A stretch of 53,713 nt of DNA from Kiritimatiellia bacterium (GTDB lineage: Bacteria; Verrucomicrobiota; Kiritimatiellia; RFP12; UBA1067), in assembly GCA_028684935.1 (NCBI GenBank), contig JAQUEX010000001.1, forward strand, positions 1 to 53,713, in the 5' to 3' direction. The first letter of the stretch is position 1. Each line of letters starts with the position of its first letter. The translations under genes were made by a program, and so were the position numbers. A model generated the notes under the pieces. The model was not told the DNA's origin, did not search any database, and was given only the letters and a program-made list of their open reading frames with translations. Of the stretch, positions 35,578 to 43,777 are shown piece after piece.

Positions 35578-36759
35578 TTACCGGAAATGGCGGTGCCGGT
35601 AGGCGGCGGGCGGCAGACCGAACTCGCCGCAAAAGAGGCGGTTGAAGTACTGCGGGGAGGAGAAGCCCGCGAGCCGGGCGACCTCTGAGGCAGGGTAGTC
35701 GGTTTCCGACAGAAGCCGGCAGGCCTCGCGCATGCGCAATCGCGCGATCTCTTGATGGACCGTATGGCCGATCGCGTGGACAAACGCCCGTTCCACTTGC
35801 GTATGCGAACGGCCCACATGCCGGATCACCTCTTCCGCGTTGACGCCTGCAGGGATCTCTTTGCGGATGAAGCGCAACGCATCGGCCAGCCACTGCGGCT
35901 CGACGGGGTCGGTCGCAGTCGAGGCGCGCTCCACGATGCGCGAAGGCGCGATCAGCGCGCGCCGTACCGCGCGGCCCGCGCGCGTCAGCCGCTCATGCAG
36001 CATCGCGGCGCCGGTCCAGCCGATCTGATGCGCATCCGGATCGACGCTCGTCAGCATGGGATACGCGAACCCGCAGAGAATGCGGTCATTGTCCACGCCC
36101 ATCACCGCCACATCGCGCGGAACATCCAGCCCGAGTTCTTTGCAGACCGAGATCACCTGATAGGCGCGGATGTCGTGACAGCAGAGGATCGCAGTCGGCA
36201 AGGGCAGCGTCTTCAGCCAGCGCGCCAGACGCCTGCTGTCCGGCGGGTCGCCGTATGCCTCCGCCTGCAGGATCAGCTTGCCGAGGAAGTCCGGCTTGAA
36301 GCGGGTCGCTTCATAGATCGAACACGCGAACCCTGCCTGTTCGGCCGTCTCTTTGAACGCCGCGCCGCGCAGATTGGAGAAGGGCGCGGAGTGGTAGCCG
36401 CAGAAGGCGAAATGGCGGAAGCGGCGCTCGATGAACCATGCGGCGGCCATCCGTCCGATCGCCCCGTGATCCGCGTCGACCGTCGCGATCCGGGGATACT
36501 CGCGCCAGCGGTAGAGGTCCACCACCGGGACGCCCAGTTTAGACAACGCGCCGGCCATCTCGTCATCCGGAATGCGCGCGATCACGCCGTCCACTTTGCC
36601 CGCGATCCCGGCGATGTCTTTCTTCCACGACTCGCCGCCGCCTTTGAACATCCAGTTCCCGTTGCTCTGCGCAAAATCGGCAATCCCCTCGCAGAGCCCC
36701 CTGCCGTACCCGCGCGAGGTCTCGACAAACACAGCCACCCTGTAGGATTGCTGCGTCAT
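35578..36759 (-). CDS. XylR-type regulator (LacI-like sugar-binding fold plus C-terminal AraC-type HTH)
   Basis: N-terminus 'YRVAVFVETSRGYGRGLCEGIADFA'; C-terminus 'EACRLLSETDYPASEVARLAGFSSPQYFNRLFCGEFGLPPAAYR'. The ORF-track start at 36762 is GTG; the ATG at 36759 abuts/overlaps the stop of the upstream gene. Confidence 0.75.
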   Translation of the reverse strand: MTQQSYRVAVFVETSRGYGRGLCEGIADFAQSNGNWMFKGGGESWKKDIAGIAGKVDGVIARIPDDEMAGALSKLGVPVVDLYRWREYPRIATVDADHGAIGRMAAAWFIERRFRHFAFCGYHSAPFSNLRGAAFKETAEQAGFACSIYEATRFKPDFLGKLILQAEAYGDPPDSRRLARWLKTLPLPTAILCCHDIRAYQVISVCKELGLDVPRDVAVMGVDNDRILCGFAYPMLTSVDPDAHQIGWTGAAMLHERLTRAGRAVRRALIAPSRIVERASTATDPVEPQWLADALRFIRKEIPAGVNAEEVIRHVGRSHTQVERAFVHAIGHTVHQEIARLRMREACRLLSETDYPASEVARLAGFSSPQYFNRLFCGEFGLPPAAYRHRHFR

Positions 36760-38042
36760 CACCCCTGCTTGTCAACGTGGAACACGCGCCGCGCCTTGCC
36801 GTCGCTGCGGGGCAGCGTGCCGGGCTTGAAGACGTCGCCTTTGGGACTGAACCCGAGCCGCTCCTTCAACTGCTTCTCGACCATGTAACCCGTCACGCCC
36901 TCCTGCGCCTCGACGTTGATGCGCACGTCGGTCACGCCGTGGTCGTTCTCCAGGATGATTTGGTATTCGGGCAGCACGCCGGGAATCTCCATCAAGGCCT
37001 GCTCCACCTGTTTCGGGAAGAAGTTCACGCCCTTGACGATCAGCATGTCGTCGCAGCGCCCCACGATACGGTCGATGCGCAGGCTGGTGCGGCCGCAGGC
37101 GCAGCGCTCGCGGCTCACCACGCGCGTCAGATCGCGCGTGCGGTAACGGATCACGGGGATCGCCTCGCGCGTCAGCGACGTGAAGATCACCTCGCCCACC
37201 GCGCCGTCCGGCAGCGGCGCGCCGGTCACGGGGTCCACGATCTCGGTGAGGTACTGATCCTCCCACACGTGGATGCCGCAGCGCGCCTCGCAATCCATGC
37301 CGGTCGTGCCCACGCCGCCGGTCTCGGTCATGCCGTAGATATCGAACGCCTTGATGCCGAGGCGCGCCTCGACCCGGTTGCGCATCTCGTCGGAGAACGA
37401 CTCCGCGCCGAAGATGCCGATCTTGAGGTCGGGCAGTTCCCAGCCCTTCTCGTCGAGCATCTCGATGATCCGCGCCGAATACGAGACCACCGCGCCCATG
37501 CCCTTGACCTTGAAATCGCGCATCAGCATGATCTGCCGCGCGGTGTTGCCGGAACTGGCCGGCACGGTGAAGAGCCCCGCCCGCCGCGCGCCGTGGTAAA
37601 AGCCGAAGCCGCCGTTGAAGAGCCCGAAGGTCGGCATGATCTGAATCACGTCGCCGGGCTGCAGGCCGGCCATGATCTGGCAGCGCGCCATGCACTCCGC
37701 CCACTGCGCCAGATCCGCCTCGGTATAGGCCATCACCACCGGCGTGCCGGTCGAGCCGGAACTCATGTGCATCTCGCGGATCGACCCGCGCGGCATGCAG
37801 AGCATGTTGAGCGGATACTGGTCGCGGAAATCATCCTTGGTCAGGAATGGCAGCTCCTGAATATCCTCAAGCTCGCGGATGTCCCCCGGCTCGACACTGA
37901 CCTCGGCCAGCTTACGACGGTAGAACTCGTTGTTCGCCCACACATGCTTGACCGTCCACTGGAGGCCCTTCAACTGCACCGCCGCCAGCTCGTCGCGGCT
38001 CAGGGTCTCCGCGCGCTCGTTCCAATACCGGAGTCTGTTCAT
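36759..38042 (-). CDS. phenylacetate--CoA ligase family adenylate-forming enzyme (PaaK-like)
   Basis: 'LPFLTKDDFRDQYPLNMLCMP...MHMSSGSTGTPVVMAYT' is a PaaK/F390-synthetase signature. The ORF-track start at 38048 is TTG; the first ATG is at 38042. Confidence 0.8.
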   Translation of the reverse strand: MNRLRYWNERAETLSRDELAAVQLKGLQWTVKHVWANNEFYRRKLAEVSVEPGDIRELEDIQELPFLTKDDFRDQYPLNMLCMPRGSIREMHMSSGSTGTPVVMAYTEADLAQWAECMARCQIMAGLQPGDVIQIMPTFGLFNGGFGFYHGARRAGLFTVPASSGNTARQIMLMRDFKVKGMGAVVSYSARIIEMLDEKGWELPDLKIGIFGAESFSDEMRNRVEARLGIKAFDIYGMTETGGVGTTGMDCEARCGIHVWEDQYLTEIVDPVTGAPLPDGAVGEVIFTSLTREAIPVIRYRTRDLTRVVSRERCACGRTSLRIDRIVGRCDDMLIVKGVNFFPKQVEQALMEIPGVLPEYQIILENDHGVTDVRINVEAQEGVTGYMVEKQLKERLGFSPKGDVFKPGTLPRSDGKARRVFHVDKQG

Positions 38043-38145
38043 GCTCAATCCTCGGATCCTGCCGGCTGTGCCGGCCTCTGCGTGTTACGATGAATAGAAA
38101 CCACTCTAGCGTTTTGCCCCCACCTCCGGCAACCTCAATCTACAC

Positions 38146-38163
38146 TCCATGGCCTGCCGTGGA
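38146..38163. repeat. REP-like imperfect palindrome TCCATGGCCTGCCGTGGA just downstream of the RAYT-DprA ORF
   Basis: Eight of nine positions pair, counting one G:T. It shares the GCCGTGG half-site with the palindromes at 38379-38400 and 39111-39276. Confidence 0.45.
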
Positions 38164-38179
38164 GATATCGACGACGCGG

Positions 38180-39301
38180 TCACAGGTAGACGATCTGCTT
38201 GTCCGGGTCGGCCTCGTGGAGGATACAGGCAAGCATACCGTCTGGATTCAGGTGACCGACTACCGCACGGTCGCAGTGCGCGAGCACGTACTGGTTACAC
38301 CAGGCAGCGCGGCGGGCACTGGGCGCCTCAACAGCGGTCTCGAAGGGAGATAGCAATAACAACCGGCCCTCTTCAATAGCAACACGGCATGCCGTGTTGC
38401 CCTGGAGGATGTCGAGGCCAGCGGGCACCACCCAAATCATGGGGCGTTTGTGGGTCAGACCGGCTCGGAACACGGCGCGCTCCATAGGCGAGAGGAAGCC
38501 GGACATGACCGCCTCACCAGACTTGAGCGGCAAACTGCCATGTAAAGAGGCCTCACCACGCGAAGCCAGAAACCCCACCTTGGGCATATTCAAAAGCGCC
38601 TTATTGCCCAGGCATATAGGCTCGACACCTTGCGCGACGACCGCGTAATTCTCGGGGTTGTCGCGGATGTACGCGCGGATGTTGGCGCGGGCTGCCTCAT
38701 CACGCGCCCGGACTTCGTAGAAACGGCTTTGCCATACGCTTTGGCCCAGAGCCTTCGACACAGCGGCCTTGTATGACCGAACGATGGTCGGCACCGAACC
38801 TGCCACCGGCTTGCCAAACGCTTCACGGCGTGCCGTGTAGCCTCTGATGTCCCAGTCTGCGGTCGTGAGTTGAAGAAGACCATGCACATGGTTGGGCATG
38901 ATGACATACTCGTCCACGACGGCGCGCGGGAAATGCGCCGGGATTTCGCGCAAGAAGGCGTCAGCGTGCCGGCCCGCGTCGTTCAGGTGCATTCGCCCGT
39001 TGACGATGGTCCCGAACACCGACCGCATGTTCTGCGTGCAAAGCGTCAGGAAATACCAGCCCGGACTGGTAAAGTCCCAGCCCTGCATTCTCAGATGCTT
39101 CTTCTGTGGAGCCACGGCATGCCGCAAGGGTGTCGATGGCGCCACGGCATGCCGCAAGGGTGTCGATGGCGCCACGGCATGCCGCAAGGGTGTCGATGGC
39201 GCCACGGCATGCCGCAAGGGTGTCGATGGCGCCACGGCATGCCGCAAGGGTGTCGATGGCGCCACGGCATGCCGTGGTGTTATGGATGACGAGTCTCTCA
39301 T
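38180..39301 (-). CDS. fusion protein: N-terminal decapeptide repeats + RAYT/IS200-like Y1 HUH transposase domain + DprA-like Rossmann domain
   Basis: The ATG at 39301 overlaps the uvrA stop (ATGA). 'VIMPNHVHGLLQL' is the HUH motif and 'VWQSRFYEVRARDE' holds the catalytic Tyr. The C-terminal 'GNKALLNMPKVGFLASRG...SGFLSPMERAVFRAGL...IWVVPAGLD...GRLLLLSPF...RRAAWCNQYVLAHCDRAVVGHLNPDG' parallels the DprA core motifs. The first ~200 aa of the 573-aa track ORF lie out of frame over uvrA and were discarded. An alternative internal start is the ATG at 39088. Confidence 0.65.
   Translation of the reverse strand: MRDSSSITPRHAVAPSTPLRHAVAPSTPLRHAVAPSTPLRHAVAPSTPLRHAVAPSTPLRHAVAPQKKHLRMQGWDFTSPGWYFLTLCTQNMRSVFGTIVNGRMHLNDAGRHADAFLREIPAHFPRAVVDEYVIMPNHVHGLLQLTTADWDIRGYTARREAFGKPVAGSVPTIVRSYKAAVSKALGQSVWQSRFYEVRARDEAARANIRAYIRDNPENYAVVAQGVEPICLGNKALLNMPKVGFLASRGEASLHGSLPLKSGEAVMSGFLSPMERAVFRAGLTHKRPMIWVVPAGLDILQGNTACRVAIEEGRLLLLSPFETAVEAPSARRAAWCNQYVLAHCDRAVVGHLNPDGMLACILHEADPDKQIVYL
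39111..39274. repeat. 30-bp tandem repeat, 5 perfect copies plus a partial sixth, each containing the palindrome CGGCATGCCG
   Basis: GCCACGGCATGCCGCAAGGGTGTCGATGGC repeats at 39111, 39141, 39171, 39201 and 39231. The copy at 39261 starts identically and completes a perfect 16-bp palindrome, CCACGGCATGCCGTGG (39262-39277). In frame on the minus strand the array encodes (RHAVAPSTPL)x5. Confidence 0.95.
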
Positions 39302-42132
39302 GTTCCGAGCACGGCCCGCAGGAAGCGGCCGGTGTGCGAGTCGGGGCAGGCGGCGACCGCCTCGGGCGTGCCGGTGACGACCAGCCGCCCGCCCTCGTCG
39401 CCGCCGCCGGGGCCAAGGTCGATGACGACATCGGCGCACTTGATGATGTCGAGGTTGTGCTCGATCACCACGACGGTGTTGCCGGACTCGCGCAGGCGCA
39501 GCAGCAGGTCGAGCAGCTTGTGCACGTCCGCGAAGTGCAGGCCAGTGGTCGGCTCGTCCAGCAGGTAGAGCGTCTTGCCGGTCGCGCGCTTGGACAGCTC
39601 GGCCGACAGCTTGATGCGCTGCGCCTCGCCGCCCGACAGCGTGGTCGAGGACTGGCCGAGATGCACGTAGCCGAGGCCGACCTCCGAGAGCGTGCGCAGC
39701 TTGTTGGCGATCTGCGGCACCGGCGCGAAGAACTCCAGCGCGTCCTCCACCGTCAGGTCCAGCACCTCGGCGATCGTCTTGCCGCCGTACCGGATCTCGA
39801 GCGTCTCTTTGTTGTAGCGCAGGCCGCCGCACTGTTCGCACGGCACGTAGATGTCCGGCAGGAAGTGCATCTCCAGACAGCGCATGCCGTCGCCCTTGCA
39901 CACCTCGCAGCGCCCGCCCTTGACGTTGAAGCTGAAGCGCCCCGGCCCGTAGCCGCGCACCTTCGCGGCGGGCGTGGCCGCGAACAATTCGCGGATCGGC
40001 GTGAAGGCGCCGGTATAGGTGACGGGATTGCTGCGCGGCGTGCGCCCGATCGGGCTCTGGTCGATCTCGATGACCTTGTCGAGCAGTTCGATGCCGGTGA
40101 TTTTCTTAAAAGCGCCGGGCCGCTCCTTGGAGCCGTAGAAGTGGCGGAACAGATGGTTCTTGAGGATGTCGCTCACCAGCGTGGACTTGCCCGAGCCGGA
40201 CACGCCGGTCACGCAGACCAGACAGCCGAGCGGGATCTGGACATCGATGTTCTTGAGGTTGTTTTCGGAAGCACCCGTGATTTTAAGGCGCGCCTTGCCC
40301 GGTTTGACGCGCGCCGCGGGCACCTCGATGCGCGTCCGCCCCGACAGATAGGCCGCCGTCTGCGAACGCCCGCACGCCAGCAGCCCCGCCAGCGCGCCCT
40401 GATACACCACTTCGCCGCCCTGGCGCCCGGCGCCGGGCCCCATGTCCACGATGTAGTCCGCCGAGCGGATCATCTCTTCGTCATGCTCGACGATCACCAC
40501 GGTGTTGCCGCGCCGCTGGAGCTGGTGCAGCATGTCGATCAGCCGCTCGTTGTCGCGCGGGTGCAGGCCGATGGTCGGCTCGTCCAGCACATAGAGCACG
40601 CCGACCAGACCGGAGCCGATCTGCGTCGCCAGTCGGATGCGCTGCATCTCGCCGCCCGAGAGGGTCGAACTTTCGCGGTCGAGCGAGAGGTAATCGAGCC
40701 CCACGTCGTGCAGAAACTTCAGGCGCCGGCGGATCTCTTTCAGCACCTCTGCCACGGCCGCCGCATCGGCGGGGGGCAGCGCGAGCGCGTCGAAAAAGGC
40801 CACGCCCTGCTTGACCGTCATGGCCATGACCGCCACGATCGAACGCCCCGCCACGGTGCAGGCGCGCGCCTCCGGCCGCAGCCGCGCGCCGCGGCAGTCA
40901 GGGCAGAGCTGCCGGCTCATGTACTGCCGCAGCTTCTCGCGCACCTCGTCGAACTCCGACTCGCTGTAACGCCGCGTCAGGCTCGGCAGCACGCCTTCAT
41001 AGGGCTTCTCGGTCTTGCGCCACGCGCCGCGCATCCAGAAGCGCAACGTGACCGGCTCGTCGCCGGAGCCGTGCAGCAGCACCTGGCGGAACGCCTCCGG
41101 CAGTTCGCTGTAGGGCGTGTCCATGTCGATCCCGTATGCCGCGGCCACCGCCTTGAGCAGGTGCTTGTAGTACACCACCATGCGGAAGCCGCCGTGCCGC
41201 CAGGCGTGGATCGCGCCCTCGGCCAACGACAGCGATTTGTCCGGCACCACGAGGTCCTCGTCAAAGACCAACTGCGCGCCGAGGCCCGCGCAGGTCGGGC
41301 AGGCGCCGAACGGGCTGTTGAAGGAGAACGCGCGCGGCTTCAGCTCTTCAAAACTGAGCGCGCAGTCCGGGCAGGCGTTCTTTTCCGAAAAGAGTTCTTC
41401 GCGCGCGTCGCCCTCCCCGGGCATGCTCTGCACGCGGACCAGGCCCTCGCCCTGCTTGAGCGCCAGTTCGACCGAATCGGTCAGGCGCCGCCGCACACCC
41501 TCCCCGACGACCAGCCGGTCCACGACCGCCTCGAGGGTGTGCGCTTTGTTTTTGTCGAGGCGCGGCACATCCTCGAGCGCCAGCATCTCGCCGTCCACGC
41601 GCACGCGCACAAATCCCTGGCGGCGGACGGATTCAAACACCTCTTCATGGCGACCTTTGCGGCCGCGTACCAGCGGCGCGAGCACCACCAGTCGGGTGCC
41701 GGCCGGCTGCGCCAGCAGATGATCGACGATCTGCTCCGCGCTCTGCCGCTGCACCGGCTTGCCGCAGCTCGGGCAGTGCGCGCGGCCGACGCTGCCGTAG
41801 AGCAGGCGCAGGTAGTCGTGAATCTCGGTCACGGTCGCCACGATCGAGCGCGGATTCCCGCCCGAGGTGCGCTGCTCGATCGAGATCGCGGGCGAGAGCC
41901 CTTCGATGTGGTCGACCTCCGGCTTCTGCATCTGGTCGAGAAACTGCCGCGCGTAGGCGGAGAGGCTCTCGACATAGCGCCGCTGGCCTTCGGCGTAGAG
42001 GGTGTCGAACGCGAGCGACGACTTGCCGGAGCCGCTCAGGCCGGTCACCACGGTCAGCGAATCTCGCGGGATACGCACATCCACGTTTTTCAGGTTGTGC
42101 TGCCGCGCGCCAGAGATGATGATGTCAGACAT
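39298..42132 (-). CDS. uvrA: excinuclease ABC subunit A
   Basis: '[53 protein letters not shown]' is a canonical UvrA N-terminus, 944 aa, with two ABC modules. Start trimmed to the ATG at 42132, because the track ORF extension overlaps dsbD. Confidence 0.9.
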   Translation of the reverse strand: MSDIIISGARQHNLKNVDVRIPRDSLTVVTGLSGSGKSSLAFDTLYAEGQRRYVESLSAYARQFLDQMQKPEVDHIEGLSPAISIEQRTSGGNPRSIVATVTEIHDYLRLLYGSVGRAHCPSCGKPVQRQSAEQIVDHLLAQPAGTRLVVLAPLVRGRKGRHEEVFESVRRQGFVRVRVDGEMLALEDVPRLDKNKAHTLEAVVDRLVVGEGVRRRLTDSVELALKQGEGLVRVQSMPGEGDAREELFSEKNACPDCALSFEELKPRAFSFNSPFGACPTCAGLGAQLVFDEDLVVPDKSLSLAEGAIHAWRHGGFRMVVYYKHLLKAVAAAYGIDMDTPYSELPEAFRQVLLHGSGDEPVTLRFWMRGAWRKTEKPYEGVLPSLTRRYSESEFDEVREKLRQYMSRQLCPDCRGARLRPEARACTVAGRSIVAVMAMTVKQGVAFFDALALPPADAAAVAEVLKEIRRRLKFLHDVGLDYLSLDRESSTLSGGEMQRIRLATQIGSGLVGVLYVLDEPTIGLHPRDNERLIDMLHQLQRRGNTVVIVEHDEEMIRSADYIVDMGPGAGRQGGEVVYQGALAGLLACGRSQTAAYLSGRTRIEVPAARVKPGKARLKITGASENNLKNIDVQIPLGCLVCVTGVSGSGKSTLVSDILKNHLFRHFYGSKERPGAFKKITGIELLDKVIEIDQSPIGRTPRSNPVTYTGAFTPIRELFAATPAAKVRGYGPGRFSFNVKGGRCEVCKGDGMRCLEMHFLPDIYVPCEQCGGLRYNKETLEIRYGGKTIAEVLDLTVEDALEFFAPVPQIANKLRTLSEVGLGYVHLGQSSTTLSGGEAQRIKLSAELSKRATGKTLYLLDEPTTGLHFADVHKLLDLLLRLRESGNTVVVIEHNLDIIKCADVVIDLGPGGGDEGGRLVVTGTPEAVAACPDSHTGRFLRAVLGT

Positions 42133-42149
42133 TTTCAGTTTACGGCACT

Positions 42150-43766
42150 TCACGGAACAGGTTGCAGCACGACGAAACCGGGCAGCCCGCGGATGCCGAA
42201 GGCGTCGAGCATCTCCTTGGCCGGGCTCCGCTCCGGCCGCTCGGCCTGCACCTTGACCACGACGTAGCGCGCGAGCCGCTGTTTGACCCGCTCTTCCTGG
42301 AAGGTGGTCTTCTCCATGACCGCGCAGTTCTTGCACCAGGTGGCCCAGAAATCGACAAAGAGCGGCTTGCCTTCGCGCCGCGCCTGCTCGACCTTGGCCT
42401 CCCACGCCGCCCGGTCGCCCGCCGCGATCGAGCCGTCGCGCGCCGCCTGCGCGGCCGGCATGAAACCGACCGCCGCCAGATAAAAGTAGTAGGCCGCCAG
42501 CAGCGCCAGCAGCACGCCGAACGCCTGTTTCACGCGTACCATCCACATGCCGGGGCTGGGCAGCACCGAGAGGCCCGCGCCGGCGAAGGGCCAGGGCAGC
42601 GCCATGCCGAGGCCCAGCACGAACGGCAGGAACTGTGCGCCGCGCGCGCCGCCGGCATAGAGCGAGCCGGCCAGCAGCAGCACGGCCAGCACCACCGGCG
42701 CGACGCACGCGCCGGCCAGCAGCGCCGAGAGGGCTCCGGCCGAGAAGGCCGCCAGCGCGCCCTGCCGCGCGCCGCCGCTGGTCTTCGGCGTCACGAAACG
42801 CGCGAAATCGATCACAAACACATCAAAGAGCGCCAGCGTCAGCGCCGCGAAGACCAGGCCAATCGTGAGGCTGAACCAGGGCGACGCCTGCAGCGCGCCG
42901 AAAAAGAGCCCGCTGCGCAGGATGACCCAGCCCAAACCGCCATAGACCAGCACGATGCCCGCGCCATAGGCCGCGCCGAGCCCGAAGCCGCGGCCGCGCG
43001 TGCCGGCACCGGCGCCGAGGATCGCCAGGTTGATCGGGATCATCGGCAGCACGCAGGGCGTGAGGTTAAGCAGCACGCCGCCGAGCAGCACCAGCAGCAG
43101 CGTCAGAAACAGGCCGTGCGCGTGAAAGAAGGCGACCGGATCGCTCAGGAAACCGGCCAATCCCGCGCGCGACGCGCCGGCAGCGGGCTCCCGGCCGTCG
43201 GCCTGGTCCAGAAACGCGAGGAAATCGCCGGCCTTCATATAGCCGCCGCCCGCGGTCATCGCGAACCCGCCCGTCCACGCGCCGGCCGTTTCCGCCACAA
43301 GCGGGGCACCGGAAGCCGCCGCGGGCGCCGCGACAAAGCGGCCGGACGCCGCGTCGTAACGGAAGGCATGCTCCTCCGGCATGAAGCACACCGCATCGTC
43401 GCAGCCCTGGTAGGCGACCGTCAGCGCGGTGCCGTCGCGCAGCGGCGCGACGCGCCAGAGCGATTCGAAGGTACGCGCATAGACACCGACCTGCTGTGAG
43501 GGGTTGACCGGATCGGGCTTCTGCTCGGGGGCCGGCACGTTCAGAGGTGCGGCCGAGACCTTGAACGTTTCGGCGTAAATCAAGTGGTTGGACGGCACGC
43601 TCAGCGTGATCCGCACCTCAGCCTGTTCGTCCGCGAGCGCCAGGCGTTCGACTTTCAGACCGAACGGCGATTGCGCGTGCGCGGCGGCGGCGGCGGCCGC
43701 GCACACCCACAGCGCGACTCCGCAATGGATGCGGCGGGACCAACCAATCAGGGCGTGCGGATTCAT
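42150..43766 (-). CDS. dsbD: thiol:disulfide interchange protein DsbD-like (N-terminal domain + transmembrane core + C-terminal thioredoxin)
   Basis: Signal peptide, a central polytopic CcdA-like core and a C-terminal '[16 protein letters not shown]' thioredoxin CxxC motif. Confidence 0.8.
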   Translation of the reverse strand: MNPHALIGWSRRIHCGVALWVCAAAAAAAHAQSPFGLKVERLALADEQAEVRITLSVPSNHLIYAETFKVSAAPLNVPAPEQKPDPVNPSQQVGVYARTFESLWRVAPLRDGTALTVAYQGCDDAVCFMPEEHAFRYDAASGRFVAAPAAASGAPLVAETAGAWTGGFAMTAGGGYMKAGDFLAFLDQADGREPAAGASRAGLAGFLSDPVAFFHAHGLFLTLLLVLLGGVLLNLTPCVLPMIPINLAILGAGAGTRGRGFGLGAAYGAGIVLVYGGLGWVILRSGLFFGALQASPWFSLTIGLVFAALTLALFDVFVIDFARFVTPKTSGGARQGALAAFSAGALSALLAGACVAPVVLAVLLLAGSLYAGGARGAQFLPFVLGLGMALPWPFAGAGLSVLPSPGMWMVRVKQAFGVLLALLAAYYFYLAAVGFMPAAQAARDGSIAAGDRAAWEAKVEQARREGKPLFVDFWATWCKNCAVMEKTTFQEERVKQRLARYVVVKVQAERPERSPAKEMLDAFGIRGLPGFVVLQPVP

Positions 43767-43777
43767 CGGGACCTCCT

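Noticed and set aside
39111-39274. The 30-bp repeat array considered as a CRISPR array.
   Set aside because: The units are directly adjacent with no spacers, there are no cas genes in the window, and the array is in frame within an ORF. It is a tandem repeat, not a CRISPR array.
39302-39901. The N-terminal ~200 aa of the 573-aa track ORF 38180..39901.
   Set aside because: This part overlaps uvrA out of frame and is Arg-rich nonsense. The ORF was trimmed to the ATG at 39301, which overlaps the uvrA stop.
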